From positions 331,392 to 395,391 of the forward strand of contig JACKEB010000014.1 of the NCBI GenBank assembly GCA_020633205.1: 64,000 nt of DNA. The letters run 5' to 3'. Both the position numbers and the translations under genes were made by a program. Of this stretch, positions 51,185 to 61,187 are shown in pieces. This stretch comes from Polyangiaceae bacterium (GTDB lineage: Bacteria > Myxococcota_A > Polyangia > Polyangiales > Polyangiaceae). The notes beneath the pieces were generated by a model that worked only from the letters and a program-made list of their open reading frames with translations, searched no databases and had not been told where the DNA came from. Positions within the stretch are counted from its first letter, which is position 1, and each line of letters starts with the position of its first letter.

Positions 51185-51610
51185 ATGGAAATGCAGAAAC
51201 TAGACGCTTGCGCTGAGTGCGGTGGTTTTAGTCCAGAGGGTGCGGCGTGCCCCCACTGTGGAGCGGCGCCGTCGCGGTTGCCGCCCGCGGTTTCGCGGCT
51301 GGGGTCGCGCCTGCTCCAGGTCGCGATTGGAAGCAGCCTCGCTATGACTCTGATGGCTTGTTACGGCGCGCCTCACGCCTATATGCAAGAGCCCGCGGAC
51401 CCGACGTCCGATCTAGATGGTGACGGTTTTCCCGCTCGGGAAGACTGCGATGACCACTCCGCCAGTATTCATCCGGGTGCCGCCGACGAGGTTGGTGATG
51501 GCATCGACTCGGACTGCGACGGCACCGATCGGCCAAAGCCCAAGGAGTTTGCTGAGCCCCCGTCCGAGGACAAGCCGCCGTTAGAGGTGGCCACGCCGCC
51601 AGCGGAGTGA
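51185..51610 (+). CDS. Zinc-ribbon / single-TM anchored protein with MopE-like putative metal-binding motif
   Basis: CAECGG-x10-CPHCG, the TM segment ending in SLAMTLMACYGAP, then DLDGDGFPAREDCDD...IHPGAADEVGDGIDSDCDG. ATG at 51185 or 51191; the track's start is a TTG. Confidence 0.75.
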   Translation: MEMQKLDACAECGGFSPEGAACPHCGAAPSRLPPAVSRLGSRLLQVAIGSSLAMTLMACYGAPHAYMQEPADPTSDLDGDGFPAREDCDDHSASIHPGAADEVGDGIDSDCDGTDRPKPKEFAEPPSEDKPPLEVATPPAE

Positions 51611-51621
51611 ACTCGCAAGGG

Positions 51622-52884
51622 TCAGTTCGTTCGCTGCGGCCGACGCGTGATCTGAACCAAGCCCTCAGCAGTTGGTTCTGGGGGTGAGGGTGCATCGAAG
51701 GGCTCCGTCACCAGCTCGAACGCACCGTTGTCGAACGGCAGCCCCGTTGCCGGACCGGTCGGCACTAGACGCTCTCTCAGCCCGCGTTTGGCAAGCGTTT
51801 TCGCGCGGAAGTGGCAGTAGGGATTGTTGCCTGGTCTTCCGAGGATGGAGTGTGCGGTGAATGAGCAACCGCCCAGGCACGTCGCAGCGAACACGCACTC
51901 TCGGCAGAACCCCCACAAGGCGTCGACGCCTCGCTCGCGAGTGAAGGCCAGTTCCGGTGCGTCGTCCCAGATCTCGCGGAGCTTTTGCTGCTTGAGGCTG
52001 CCGCCCACATAGTGAGACGTCTGCAGCGAGGGGCAGCCTTTCACCGCCCCATCGGACTCGATTCCAAGCACGAAGCGCCCGGCCTGACAGCCCGCCCAAT
52101 GGTCCTTGCCGCCCAGGGTGGGTGAGCGCAGTAGCGCTTCTTCCTGCCCGAAGTACCCCAGGTTGTTGCCCGGTAGCAGCGTAATGCCTCGCTCGAAGCC
52201 GAGGCGCTTGAGGTCGGCGATGCGCGGCAGCAGGTCGATCAGCTGCCACGGCTGTAAGATCAGGTCCGTGCGATCTGCCGCGCGGCCAAGCGGCGCGGTC
52301 AGCTGGAGTTGCCAGGCGACGATCCCCAGGGACGAAAGGTGCTCGAAGAGCGCCTCGAGGTCGGCGTGGTTCAAGCGGTTGATGTTGGTGTTCGCCGTGA
52401 TGCGGATGCCAGCGCCTTTGCAGGCGATCAGAGCGCGCGTCGCCAGGTCGAAGCTGCCCTTGAGGTTTCGCATGCGGTCGTGGGTCTCACGCAAGCCGTC
52501 GACGCTGACGCTCACTTGCAAGAGCCCGGCTTCTTGCATCCGTGCGGCAAGGTCCGCATCGACACCGCGACCTCCGGTGGTCAGTGTTGGATGGATTCCC
52601 GCCCTAGCCAACGCTTCGACGATCTCCAGAAAACCTGAGTGAAGATAAGCTTCGCCTCCAATCAGCACCACCTCACGCGCGCCCATATCGGCCAGCTCTG
52701 CGACCACTTCGAGCGCCTGTTCCGTCGTTAGCTCGTCGGGTCGAGGGGCGCTTGCTCGGGACCCACAGTGAGTGCATGCGTGGTCGCAGCGCAGGGTCAG
52801 CTCCCACACGACATAGGCCGGAAAGAAGTCCTTGGAGAGCACGTTCAGGCGCCGACGACTCATGGCTCGCTGAGTATGGGGCAT
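51622..52884 (-). CDS. Radical SAM enzyme with C-terminal SPASM domain
   Basis: CDHACTHC (CX3CX2C) near the N-terminus. SPASM signature GC-x16-GC followed by CRECVFAATCLGGC (CX2CX5CX3C). Alternative ATG at 52863. Confidence 0.92.
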   Translation of the reverse strand: MPHTQRAMSRRRLNVLSKDFFPAYVVWELTLRCDHACTHCGSRASAPRPDELTTEQALEVVAELADMGAREVVLIGGEAYLHSGFLEIVEALARAGIHPTLTTGGRGVDADLAARMQEAGLLQVSVSVDGLRETHDRMRNLKGSFDLATRALIACKGAGIRITANTNINRLNHADLEALFEHLSSLGIVAWQLQLTAPLGRAADRTDLILQPWQLIDLLPRIADLKRLGFERGITLLPGNNLGYFGQEEALLRSPTLGGKDHWAGCQAGRFVLGIESDGAVKGCPSLQTSHYVGGSLKQQKLREIWDDAPELAFTRERGVDALWGFCRECVFAATCLGGCSFTAHSILGRPGNNPYCHFRAKTLAKRGLRERLVPTGPATGLPFDNGAFELVTEPFDAPSPPEPTAEGLVQITRRPQRTN

Positions 52885-53000
52885 CCGCCGGCGAACTTAC
52901 ACCGGGGCTCGCTTTGAGGCCTTGGGGGACGCCTTCGGAATACCTTTCCGTTGCTATTGATTGGGAGTGCACAGCGCGCGAAACGCGCAGAAAACAAGCC

Positions 53001-53019
53001 AAATGACGAATTGTCATTT
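53001..53019. promoter_or_regulatory. Perfect 7-5-7 palindrome in an AT-rich divergent promoter region (candidate operator)
   Basis: aaatgac gaatt gtcattt. It lies 13 nt upstream of the 53032 ATG, in the 147-bp spacer shared with the radical SAM gene. Confidence 0.35.
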
Positions 53020-53031
53020 ATCCGGAGGGAA

Positions 53032-53736
53032 ATGAAAACAATGCGCCAGATTGACAAGCAGAGCACGTTGCGGAGTGGGATGATGTTGGCAGTTGGGGTC
53101 ACCGCGTTGGTGTCGACGGCTCCCGCCTGGGCGACCCCCGCGGATAGCGGGGGCAGCGACGGAGCATCTGGGCCGTTGCGGCAAGTCGCTGACCACACGC
53201 TCTTGCTCGACATCGATGAAGTTGCCAAGGCGGAGCTCGCACGCGACTCGGACGAAGGTCCCTACAGCGACCGAGGAGTGAAGTTCGGGTCCGGAGTGAC
53301 GTTGGGGGCCAACGCGGTGCTGCTTCGCGGACTGACGCTGGGTGGGTTGGTCAACCTGGCAAAGTCGCGTGAGGGCGATGGGGATCGTTCCGAGCTGGGA
53401 GGTGCGTTCCGCGCCGGCTACCTGATTGCTTTGGGTGGCCCCTTCACGCTCTGGCCGAACGCGAGCGTTGGCTACTCCAGGGCAACCAGTCCCTACCACA
53501 TCGACGGCGACGAGTTTCGAGCGCCTGAGGACGGAGAGCAGACCACACACTCTTGGCAAGCTGCCGGCGAGGCGCGTCTCCTCGCGGAAGTAACTAGCCA
53601 CGTTGGGTTGACCGCAGGCGTCAAGTACACGCACGTCCTTGCCGCTGGCATCGCCTTCAACGAAGGTGACGTCCGCAACTGGTATCCGGGCAAACAAGCG
53701 ATCTCTGGAGATCTCGGCCTCGCCGCGTGGTTCTAG
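53032..53736 (+). CDS. Small outer-membrane beta-barrel protein
   Basis: ggaggga RBS. Signal peptide ends ...APAWA. Alternating amphipathic strands. C-terminal ...GLAAWF (terminal aromatic). Confidence 0.75.
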   Translation: MKTMRQIDKQSTLRSGMMLAVGVTALVSTAPAWATPADSGGSDGASGPLRQVADHTLLLDIDEVAKAELARDSDEGPYSDRGVKFGSGVTLGANAVLLRGLTLGGLVNLAKSREGDGDRSELGGAFRAGYLIALGGPFTLWPNASVGYSRATSPYHIDGDEFRAPEDGEQTTHSWQAAGEARLLAEVTSHVGLTAGVKYTHVLAAGIAFNEGDVRNWYPGKQAISGDLGLAAWF

Positions 53737-53755
53737 TGACTACGGAGACCGGACG

Positions 53756-54385
53756 CTACTCCCCCACGCCGCCTTCGGTGTAGCAATACTCCGAGCAGCC
53801 ATCACCGTTCACGCGCGCGCCGTCGTCGCATTGCTCGTAGGACTGCTGGATACCGTCACCACACGTGGGGGTGAACTCGACCCAGATGCGTGTGTCCGCT
53901 GCCTGGGTCGAGTCGACGCCGCTGATCGCGACGATCTGAGAGCCGAGCACCTCGAAGGTCGAAGTGCCGGTGTCGTTCGGAGCGAAACAGGCGTGCTCCG
54001 TGCTGCCCTCACAGTCGAGCTGGGCTATCGCGAGGCTGTTCTGGTTGGACCAGCGCACGGTTGCCTTGCTCGGTTCGTTGGGGTGCACAGCGAACATGAA
54101 GGTTGGACCTGAAGCGTTTCCGCACGAAAGCGGGTCGAAGTCGGCGCCGAAGCCGTCGCTCAACGGCCTCGGCGTTCGTGTCAGCTCGGGATGGTCCGTG
54201 TCGCACGCGTAGTCGTTTGGCGCGCCGTAACAGGCCATGAGCGTCATGCTGGAGACGGCGCTCAAAGCCACCATCGCGAGCCGGGCCCTGCGGGAAACAC
54301 GGCGTTCGCAGTGGGGGCACGCCGTCGCCCCGGACGGCAGGAAACCAGCGCAGTGCTCGCAGCTCGTCAGCATGAAGGCCAGCAT
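53756..54385 (-). CDS. Zinc-ribbon / single-TM anchored protein with Myxococcus cysteine-rich repeat
   Basis: CEHCAG-x11-CPHCE and a TM segment ending in SSMTLMACYGAP, paralogous to 51185-51610. The C-terminus is CGDGIQQSYEQCDDGARVNGDGCSEYC. Confidence 0.78.
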   Translation of the reverse strand: MLAFMLTSCEHCAGFLPSGATACPHCERRVSRRARLAMVALSAVSSMTLMACYGAPNDYACDTDHPELTRTPRPLSDGFGADFDPLSCGNASGPTFMFAVHPNEPSKATVRWSNQNSLAIAQLDCEGSTEHACFAPNDTGTSTFEVLGSQIVAISGVDSTQAADTRIWVEFTPTCGDGIQQSYEQCDDGARVNGDGCSEYCYTEGGVGE

Positions 54386-54537
54386 AGCGACAAGCGTGCC
54401 CAGACGAGGGGGAACAGCGGATCTAGCGCAATTTCTCCTGGTTTGGGCGTTGGCGCAGGAGGGGGCAGCTCCCAGATCATGACAACGCTGTCACTGTCAC
54501 TAGCGACTGCGGGTTACGCCGCCATTAGAGTGCCCCG

Positions 54538-55254
54538 GTGCCCGAGCTGTATCAGAGCCCGCTCTTCTACCAGCGCTTGTTCGGGCAACGAGTGCACGAT
54601 GTGGCGTTCTACCGCTGGCTCGCGCAGGGCCAGGTCAAGGTGCTCGAGTTGGGCGCGGGTAGCGGCCGCATCAGCTTGCCGTTGCTGGAAGACGGAGTGC
54701 ACGTCCGCGCCGTGGAGCGGGCTCCCGAGATGTTACGGCTGCTGGAGGAGCAAGCCGTGGATTTGGGGGTGAGGGAGCGCCTGACGTCGCTGTGCGTCGA
54801 CTTCCGGGACTTTGAGCTGGGTGAACGACTGAGTCTTGCGATTTGTCCTTTCAACGCGCTCGCTCACTTACACACAGAAGAGGACCTGCGGAGGACGTTG
54901 GGGCACGTCGAGCGGCACCTGGAGCCCCGTGGGGCGCTGGTGTGCGATGTACTTCGCCGTGAAGCGCATCACGACGCGCAAACGACGCACCTCACCCCCT
55001 ACTTCGAACACCCTGAGAGCGGCGTCCCTTGCCGTGTACTGGAAACTCTCGAGTTCAACGCGGAAACAAACCGCCTCAGGATTCAACTCACGCTCACTGC
55101 GATGCGTGGCCCCGAGCACGTGGAAGAACACACCCTGGATTTGCGCTTCTGGAGCGCCGATGAGCTCGCAGCTGCAGGGGACGCTTCAGGGCTCGAGCTC
55201 ACCAACCACGGGAACCTGGGAGATAGTGACCTGTGGGTGTTGCGGAAGCCATGA
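54538..55254 (+). CDS. Class I SAM-dependent methyltransferase
   Basis: Motif I VLELGAGSGRIS. GTG start. Confidence 0.82.
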   Translation: MPELYQSPLFYQRLFGQRVHDVAFYRWLAQGQVKVLELGAGSGRISLPLLEDGVHVRAVERAPEMLRLLEEQAVDLGVRERLTSLCVDFRDFELGERLSLAICPFNALAHLHTEEDLRRTLGHVERHLEPRGALVCDVLRREAHHDAQTTHLTPYFEHPESGVPCRVLETLEFNAETNRLRIQLTLTAMRGPEHVEEHTLDLRFWSADELAAAGDASGLELTNHGNLGDSDLWVLRKP

Positions 55255-55269
55255 TGTGAGGGGAACGCT

Positions 55270-56019
55270 ATGTTAGGCTGCGCAGCGATGTGGGGTCGCT
55301 ATTCCAAGGCTTTCTGTCGGGGGTTGATCGGGTTGTGTTTCGCGGGTGTGGTCGTGCTGCCACTTCTGGCGTGCAAGGCCACATCGAACTCTGGAGGCAC
55401 TGCGGCTACTCCGCCGATGGGGGCTACGGGCAAGCACTCCGGCTCATACACCATTAGTGCCGCACGGAACCCCGGGGGCGGTGAGTACACCGGGGAAGTC
55501 GCGATCACGCAGAACGGGCAGATCTACCTGCTCAATTGGACGCTGGGTTCCAGCGCAGTGAAGCAGGTCGGCGTCGCGATCGAAGATGGCACGACGCTGG
55601 CCGTTGGGCTCTCCGACGCAGAGCCCTATGGCGTCGTTGTGTACCACGTCAATGGTGGCCAGCTGGACGGCACCTGGGGCTTACCCAGCATGTCGAAGCT
55701 CGGTGCCGAGAGCCTGAAGGGACCGCCAGGTCTGAACGGCAACTACCAGATCATCAAAGGTCAGAATCCCGATGGCTCCATCTACAAGGGGACCGTGGAT
55801 ATTACTCCGCGCGGAAAACTCTACGATGTGAGGTGGAACATCCCCGGCAATAGCTACTCTGGGGTCGGTTTGCTCTCAGGTAACGTGTTCGCCGTTGGCT
55901 GGGGTACGGCGAAGAACGTCGGTGTGGTGCTGTACGTGGAGTCTGGCGGGAAGCTGGTCGGCCAGTGGGGCCAACCGGGTGGCACCGACTTGGGCGCCGA
56001 GACGTTGACCAAGCGCTAA
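55270..56019 (+). CDS. Hypothetical lipoprotein made of two tandem ~95-aa repeats
   Basis: Lipobox LLACK. The two halves align clearly (…NPGGGEYTGEVAITQNGQIYLLNW… versus …NPDGSIYKGTVDITPRGKLYDVRW…). Confidence 0.72.
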   Translation: MLGCAAMWGRYSKAFCRGLIGLCFAGVVVLPLLACKATSNSGGTAATPPMGATGKHSGSYTISAARNPGGGEYTGEVAITQNGQIYLLNWTLGSSAVKQVGVAIEDGTTLAVGLSDAEPYGVVVYHVNGGQLDGTWGLPSMSKLGAESLKGPPGLNGNYQIIKGQNPDGSIYKGTVDITPRGKLYDVRWNIPGNSYSGVGLLSGNVFAVGWGTAKNVGVVLYVESGGKLVGQWGQPGGTDLGAETLTKR

Positions 56020-56062
56020 GCGGTTCCTCCGCGTTTCATTGGTCGGCCAGGTGCAAATACGG

Positions 56063-56096
56063 CGAAGCCCGCAGTGTTTTCACACAGCGGGCTTCG
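56063..56096. terminator. Candidate bidirectional stem-loop between convergent genes
   Basis: 10-bp stem cgaagcccgc / gcgggcttcg with a 14-nt loop. Only a weak U-tract on the minus strand (tattt). Confidence 0.4.
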
Positions 56097-56115
56097 ATGC
56101 TGCCGGTCGTTGCGC

Positions 56116-57432
<1,317 letters not shown>

Positions 57433-57555
57433 TCACGCGCGGAAAGGTCACCCAAAGCCGAGAAAGAAGCGCCATGAGACTCCTCGGCTTGCCCACGGCC
57501 CGCACCGCGCGCCACTATTTGTCATCGGTCGTGCGGACGACTGCTTGGAGGGCTT

Positions 57556-58182
57556 GTGGCGATGGCTTGGACGATGCGGACAGGGACGGTCGTGTGCTTG
57601 GCAGCGGCGTGGCTCGCGGTGGGCTGCGGGAACGACGATGAAAAGCCGAAATCATCGGCGTTCGGCGGAAGCGACCAAGGCGGAAGCGCTGGCAATGGCG
57701 GCGCTTCAGGGAGTGGCGCTCAGGGCGGTAGTAGCGGGTCCTCCGCCAGCGGCGGCTCTGGCAACAGCGGTGGAAGTTCCGGTGGAAGCGCGGGGTCAGC
57801 CGGCACCAGCACCGGCGGCACTGGCGCTGCGAGTGGGGCTGGCGGCGGCGGGGGCGCGAGCGACGCGAGCACGGAGTTCACGCCTCAAGACGAGTGCCTG
57901 CTCTGCGAGCAGCTCGACTGCGCTGACAAGATGAAGGCGTGCGACGACAACACGGAGTGTTCGGCCATGGTTGCCTGCGTCGAGCAGGGCTGTGAGTACT
58001 CGGCGTCTGGGGTCGGCTGCATCAAGATTTGTATCGAAGCCACCTGCACATCGTCCACATCGGTCCAGCTCTACATGGATACGCTGAGCTGTCGCTTCTG
58101 CAACCAGGCTTGTCAGACGCAGTGCGCAGGTTTGTGCTCGAACCTCAACCTCAACGCTTCAAGCTATACTTGCAACGGTTGA
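57556..58182 (+). CDS. Secreted lipoprotein with Gly/Ser-rich linker and Cys-rich C-terminal domain
   Basis: Lipobox WLAVGC. GS-rich region. About 20 Cys in the last 90 aa. GTG at 57556 or ATG at 57562. Confidence 0.7.
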   Translation: MAMAWTMRTGTVVCLAAAWLAVGCGNDDEKPKSSAFGGSDQGGSAGNGGASGSGAQGGSSGSSASGGSGNSGGSSGGSAGSAGTSTGGTGAASGAGGGGGASDASTEFTPQDECLLCEQLDCADKMKACDDNTECSAMVACVEQGCEYSASGVGCIKICIEATCTSSTSVQLYMDTLSCRFCNQACQTQCAGLCSNLNLNASSYTCNG

Positions 58183-58200
58183 TAGTTACCTTGCGGAAAC

Positions 58201-60903
58201 CTATTCCGAGGGAACGCAGCTCAGCTGCAGGTTCCATGCGCTGACGGTGGGAGCGGACTGCCCGTCGCCGCTCGGATCCAGGAGCATGCGGAGGCGAACG
58301 AACGGCACTCCGTTCGCCAGCCCAAGCCGGGTGAGGTTGCTCGCAACGCTTAGCGAACCATTCTCGGTACCAAGGGCGAAGGAGGCCACCGCAGGTGTGC
58401 CTGGGGTCCCACTGGTGCCGCTGTCACCCGTGAACTCGAGCGGCGCAAAGCTGGCGGAGTCCAGCTCTGTTTGACTGGCGCCAGTTGCGATCTGGAAGCG
58501 TACCCGTGAGTCGCTTGGTGTAGCGCTGGCCCACGACCAGAGTCCCCACACCGGCTTCAAACCGGAGTCCACGCCGCACGCCTGGACGGCGTCGTAAGTG
58601 CGATCAAACGTTGATGGACTGTACCCCGGGGAACCGGCGAGCGTCTGAGATTGGCAGCCGAACACTAGCTCAACGCCCGCGCTAGCATCGCCTTCAGCCT
58701 GGTCGCAGGTTGCTGGGCACAGCACGACCTCGGTTGGCGCGGCTGGATCGTCGAAGTACCAGCCACCGTTGGCATCGCAGCTGCTCGCTCCCGTCACGCG
58801 TGTGATGACTCGGTCCGACTGACCGCTCGAGTGAAACACGACGTTCACCTGTGCTGGATCGACGACGCCGCTGCTTGGCGCCGGGATCTGGAAGCTGCAG
58901 CTGAAGCCCGTCGCGCGGATGTTGTTGAGGGCCGTGATGAAGCCAGCAACGTCGCTGTTGTTCACGACGTACGCGTGTGTGGTGCCACCGGCCGCGGCCC
59001 ACGCGTTCATGTTGCTAATCCCCGCGGAACTGCCAACGCCGATCACGAAGGTGTTGATCGCTTCAGCACCGCTCAGACCTGCGGTGATCGCTGACGTCAC
59101 GCTCGAGACGTCGGAGGAGCAGCCGTTCGGCTCGCCATCCGTCGCCAACACGAGGGCCGTGCGGCGTCCGCTGCTTTGCTGGTGGGCTCGCGCATGGTCC
59201 ACGGCGCCCCGCACGGCGGGGAGCGTCGGAGTATTCCAGCCGTAGGGTCCTGTGTTGGCAATCGAGAGCGCCAAGGCGCTCGCGTTGGCAGGGAGCGGCG
59301 CGATGTTGACCGATGGTGCGGCGTAGTTGGCGCGGGTACAGGCGGTTTCCGTGTCGTCATAGGGGAAGTACTCGATGCCGACGCCGACGCCATCGGAGCT
59401 CGTGTCCTGGACAAAGGTCGTCAGCGCCGTACTTACGGCGTCCCAGCGCCCGTAGTCGTCCATCGAACAGGAGCGGTCGAGCATCACATACAGATCGATT
59501 GGAGCCAGCTCAGCCTCGGCGGACTCGTTGGCACAGCTATCGAGGTTTGGGTCCTGTACCAGGCAGTGGCAGCCGACCAGGTCTACGCAGCCTTGGTCCC
59601 AGGTGCCGCTGCAACAGCTGGGGCGCGCGGCGCAGATGTCTTCGATGCAGCTTCCAAGTGCCGGATAGCTGTTCGGCGTTGGGTCCACCACCTCGAGCGT
59701 TACATCGTCGATCGACCAGGAAGGCGCGAAGATCCCTTGGTCGGCTGCGTCTAACCTTGCCGCGTGGATTTCGAATTCGAAGCGGACCTGCTGTCCAACG
59801 AAAGCGCCCAGGTCGACGGTTACTTCTTGCCAGGTATCGATGTTGGCCGGGCTTGGTGCCGTATACACCGTGGCGATCGGATCCCCATGGGAGTTCAGAA
59901 TGCGCACCCCATGAACGAATGGGTAGGTGCTCATCAGCTGATGGAAGAAACGCAGGCGCGCGTCGGTGTAGCCACTCAGGTCGAGCAGGGGGCCGCGGAA
60001 GTAGAACTGGTTGAGGGGCGCAAAGTCGAAGACGTTGATGCAGCTTCCGAGGCGTGCGCCGCCGATCGAGTTCGACGGTCCTGGAGTGTGGTCCGTGATT
60101 GGATCTTCTGCGCCGCCAAGTGTGGAACAGGCGGACGCCTGTGCCGCCCCGATATCCCAGCCGATGGAGCTCCAGTTGGACCAATCCTCGAGGGTGTCGC
60201 GGAAGAGCGGCACCCACGCGCTTGAGGCGCCGATGTCACAGCCGACGCTCAGCGCGCTGCCCGTGTTGCAGACACCGTGCCCACAGCTTCCGAACTGCTG
60301 ACAGACATCTGGGTTGGGCGCTGAGCAAGCTGCGCGCGGGTTGGTGATGCCGTCACTACCAATCACGCTCCCGCCGTCTCCGGGGTCAAGCCCTTCGGAG
60401 TCGTCGTCGAACTGCATGCAGTAAGGATCACACGGGTTACCCACGCAATTGTCAGGCGTCCCCAAGCCTAGGGTGTGGGAGCTTTGCGCCTCCGGTGGTG
60501 GCAGCGTGTTGTTGATGATGCACTCGCCCCACTGCCCGCCACTGCACAACGACTCTCCGTAGCCGCAGCTCTCGATGCCATTGATCACCACCGTGACTTT
60601 GCCACACGGAACTCGGGTGCCTTCCGCTTCAGCGTCGCACAAGCAGCCATCGCGACCCGTGGTCGTGCACTGCGGACAGTTCTCGAAGACGCTGGCATCC
60701 AGGTCGTTGCAGTCGGGGCCCGCGGCGCAACCGACTCCGTGCTGGTCGCCATCAACGTCTTGGCAGCCACTTCCGCTTCCACCCATACCAGTGGCGGATC
60801 CACTTGGGCGTCCGTCATCACCACACGCGGTCACGCCGCCAGTGGTCGCAAGGAAGCCCAGAGCCATGAGCAGGATGGGACGAACTGAAACCTTGGGAGT
60901 CAT
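58201..60903 (-). CDS. Large secreted lipoprotein with Cys-rich modules and a vWA (MIDAS) domain, paralogue 1
   Basis: ATG at 60903 gives MTPKVSVRPILLMALGFLATTGGVTACG. DVDGD...DCND metal-motif-like module. DLYVMLDRSCSMD (DxSxS). Shares its whole architecture with 61188-63935. Confidence 0.85.
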   Translation of the reverse strand: MTPKVSVRPILLMALGFLATTGGVTACGDDGRPSGSATGMGGSGSGCQDVDGDQHGVGCAAGPDCNDLDASVFENCPQCTTTGRDGCLCDAEAEGTRVPCGKVTVVINGIESCGYGESLCSGGQWGECIINNTLPPPEAQSSHTLGLGTPDNCVGNPCDPYCMQFDDDSEGLDPGDGGSVIGSDGITNPRAACSAPNPDVCQQFGSCGHGVCNTGSALSVGCDIGASSAWVPLFRDTLEDWSNWSSIGWDIGAAQASACSTLGGAEDPITDHTPGPSNSIGGARLGSCINVFDFAPLNQFYFRGPLLDLSGYTDARLRFFHQLMSTYPFVHGVRILNSHGDPIATVYTAPSPANIDTWQEVTVDLGAFVGQQVRFEFEIHAARLDAADQGIFAPSWSIDDVTLEVVDPTPNSYPALGSCIEDICAARPSCCSGTWDQGCVDLVGCHCLVQDPNLDSCANESAEAELAPIDLYVMLDRSCSMDDYGRWDAVSTALTTFVQDTSSDGVGVGIEYFPYDDTETACTRANYAAPSVNIAPLPANASALALSIANTGPYGWNTPTLPAVRGAVDHARAHQQSSGRRTALVLATDGEPNGCSSDVSSVTSAITAGLSGAEAINTFVIGVGSSAGISNMNAWAAAGGTTHAYVVNNSDVAGFITALNNIRATGFSCSFQIPAPSSGVVDPAQVNVVFHSSGQSDRVITRVTGASSCDANGGWYFDDPAAPTEVVLCPATCDQAEGDASAGVELVFGCQSQTLAGSPGYSPSTFDRTYDAVQACGVDSGLKPVWGLWSWASATPSDSRVRFQIATGASQTELDSASFAPLEFTGDSGTSGTPGTPAVASFALGTENGSLSVASNLTRLGLANGVPFVRLRMLLDPSGDGQSAPTVSAWNLQLSCVPSE

Positions 60904-61118
60904 CGCGAGCCTCGAGGCGGTAGGTCGATCGGCGCTGCTGTGGTGACAGGTAGTTGTCACTAAACATACGTGATCGAATCTCAAGCGTCTTGAGGCTAGT
61001 ATGGGGACGGGGTGCTCGCTCCCCAAGTATGCAACATTTCACGGGAATAGGCCGGGCGCCCGATGTGGTTGTGAGTCGCACCACTCGACCAGGCGTTCCC
61101 TCCTCCAGGCGCGAACGT

Positions 61119-61167
61119 CAAAAACGCAAAGGGCCTGACCGTTGCTCTCAAGCTTTGGTCAGGCCCC
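61119..61167 (-). terminator. Intrinsic terminator downstream of the 61188-63935 gene
   Basis: 10-bp perfect stem gggcctgacc (61131-61140) / ggtcaggccc (61157-61166). On the minus strand it is followed by tttgcgttttt. Confidence 0.7.
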
Positions 61168-61187
61168 AGCGTCTGGGTTTCGGCAGA

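Noticed and set aside
53014-53697. 227-aa ORF antisense to the OM barrel gene
   Set aside because: The plus-strand frame has an RBS, a signal peptide and a C-terminal aromatic residue. The antisense frame is Arg-rich.
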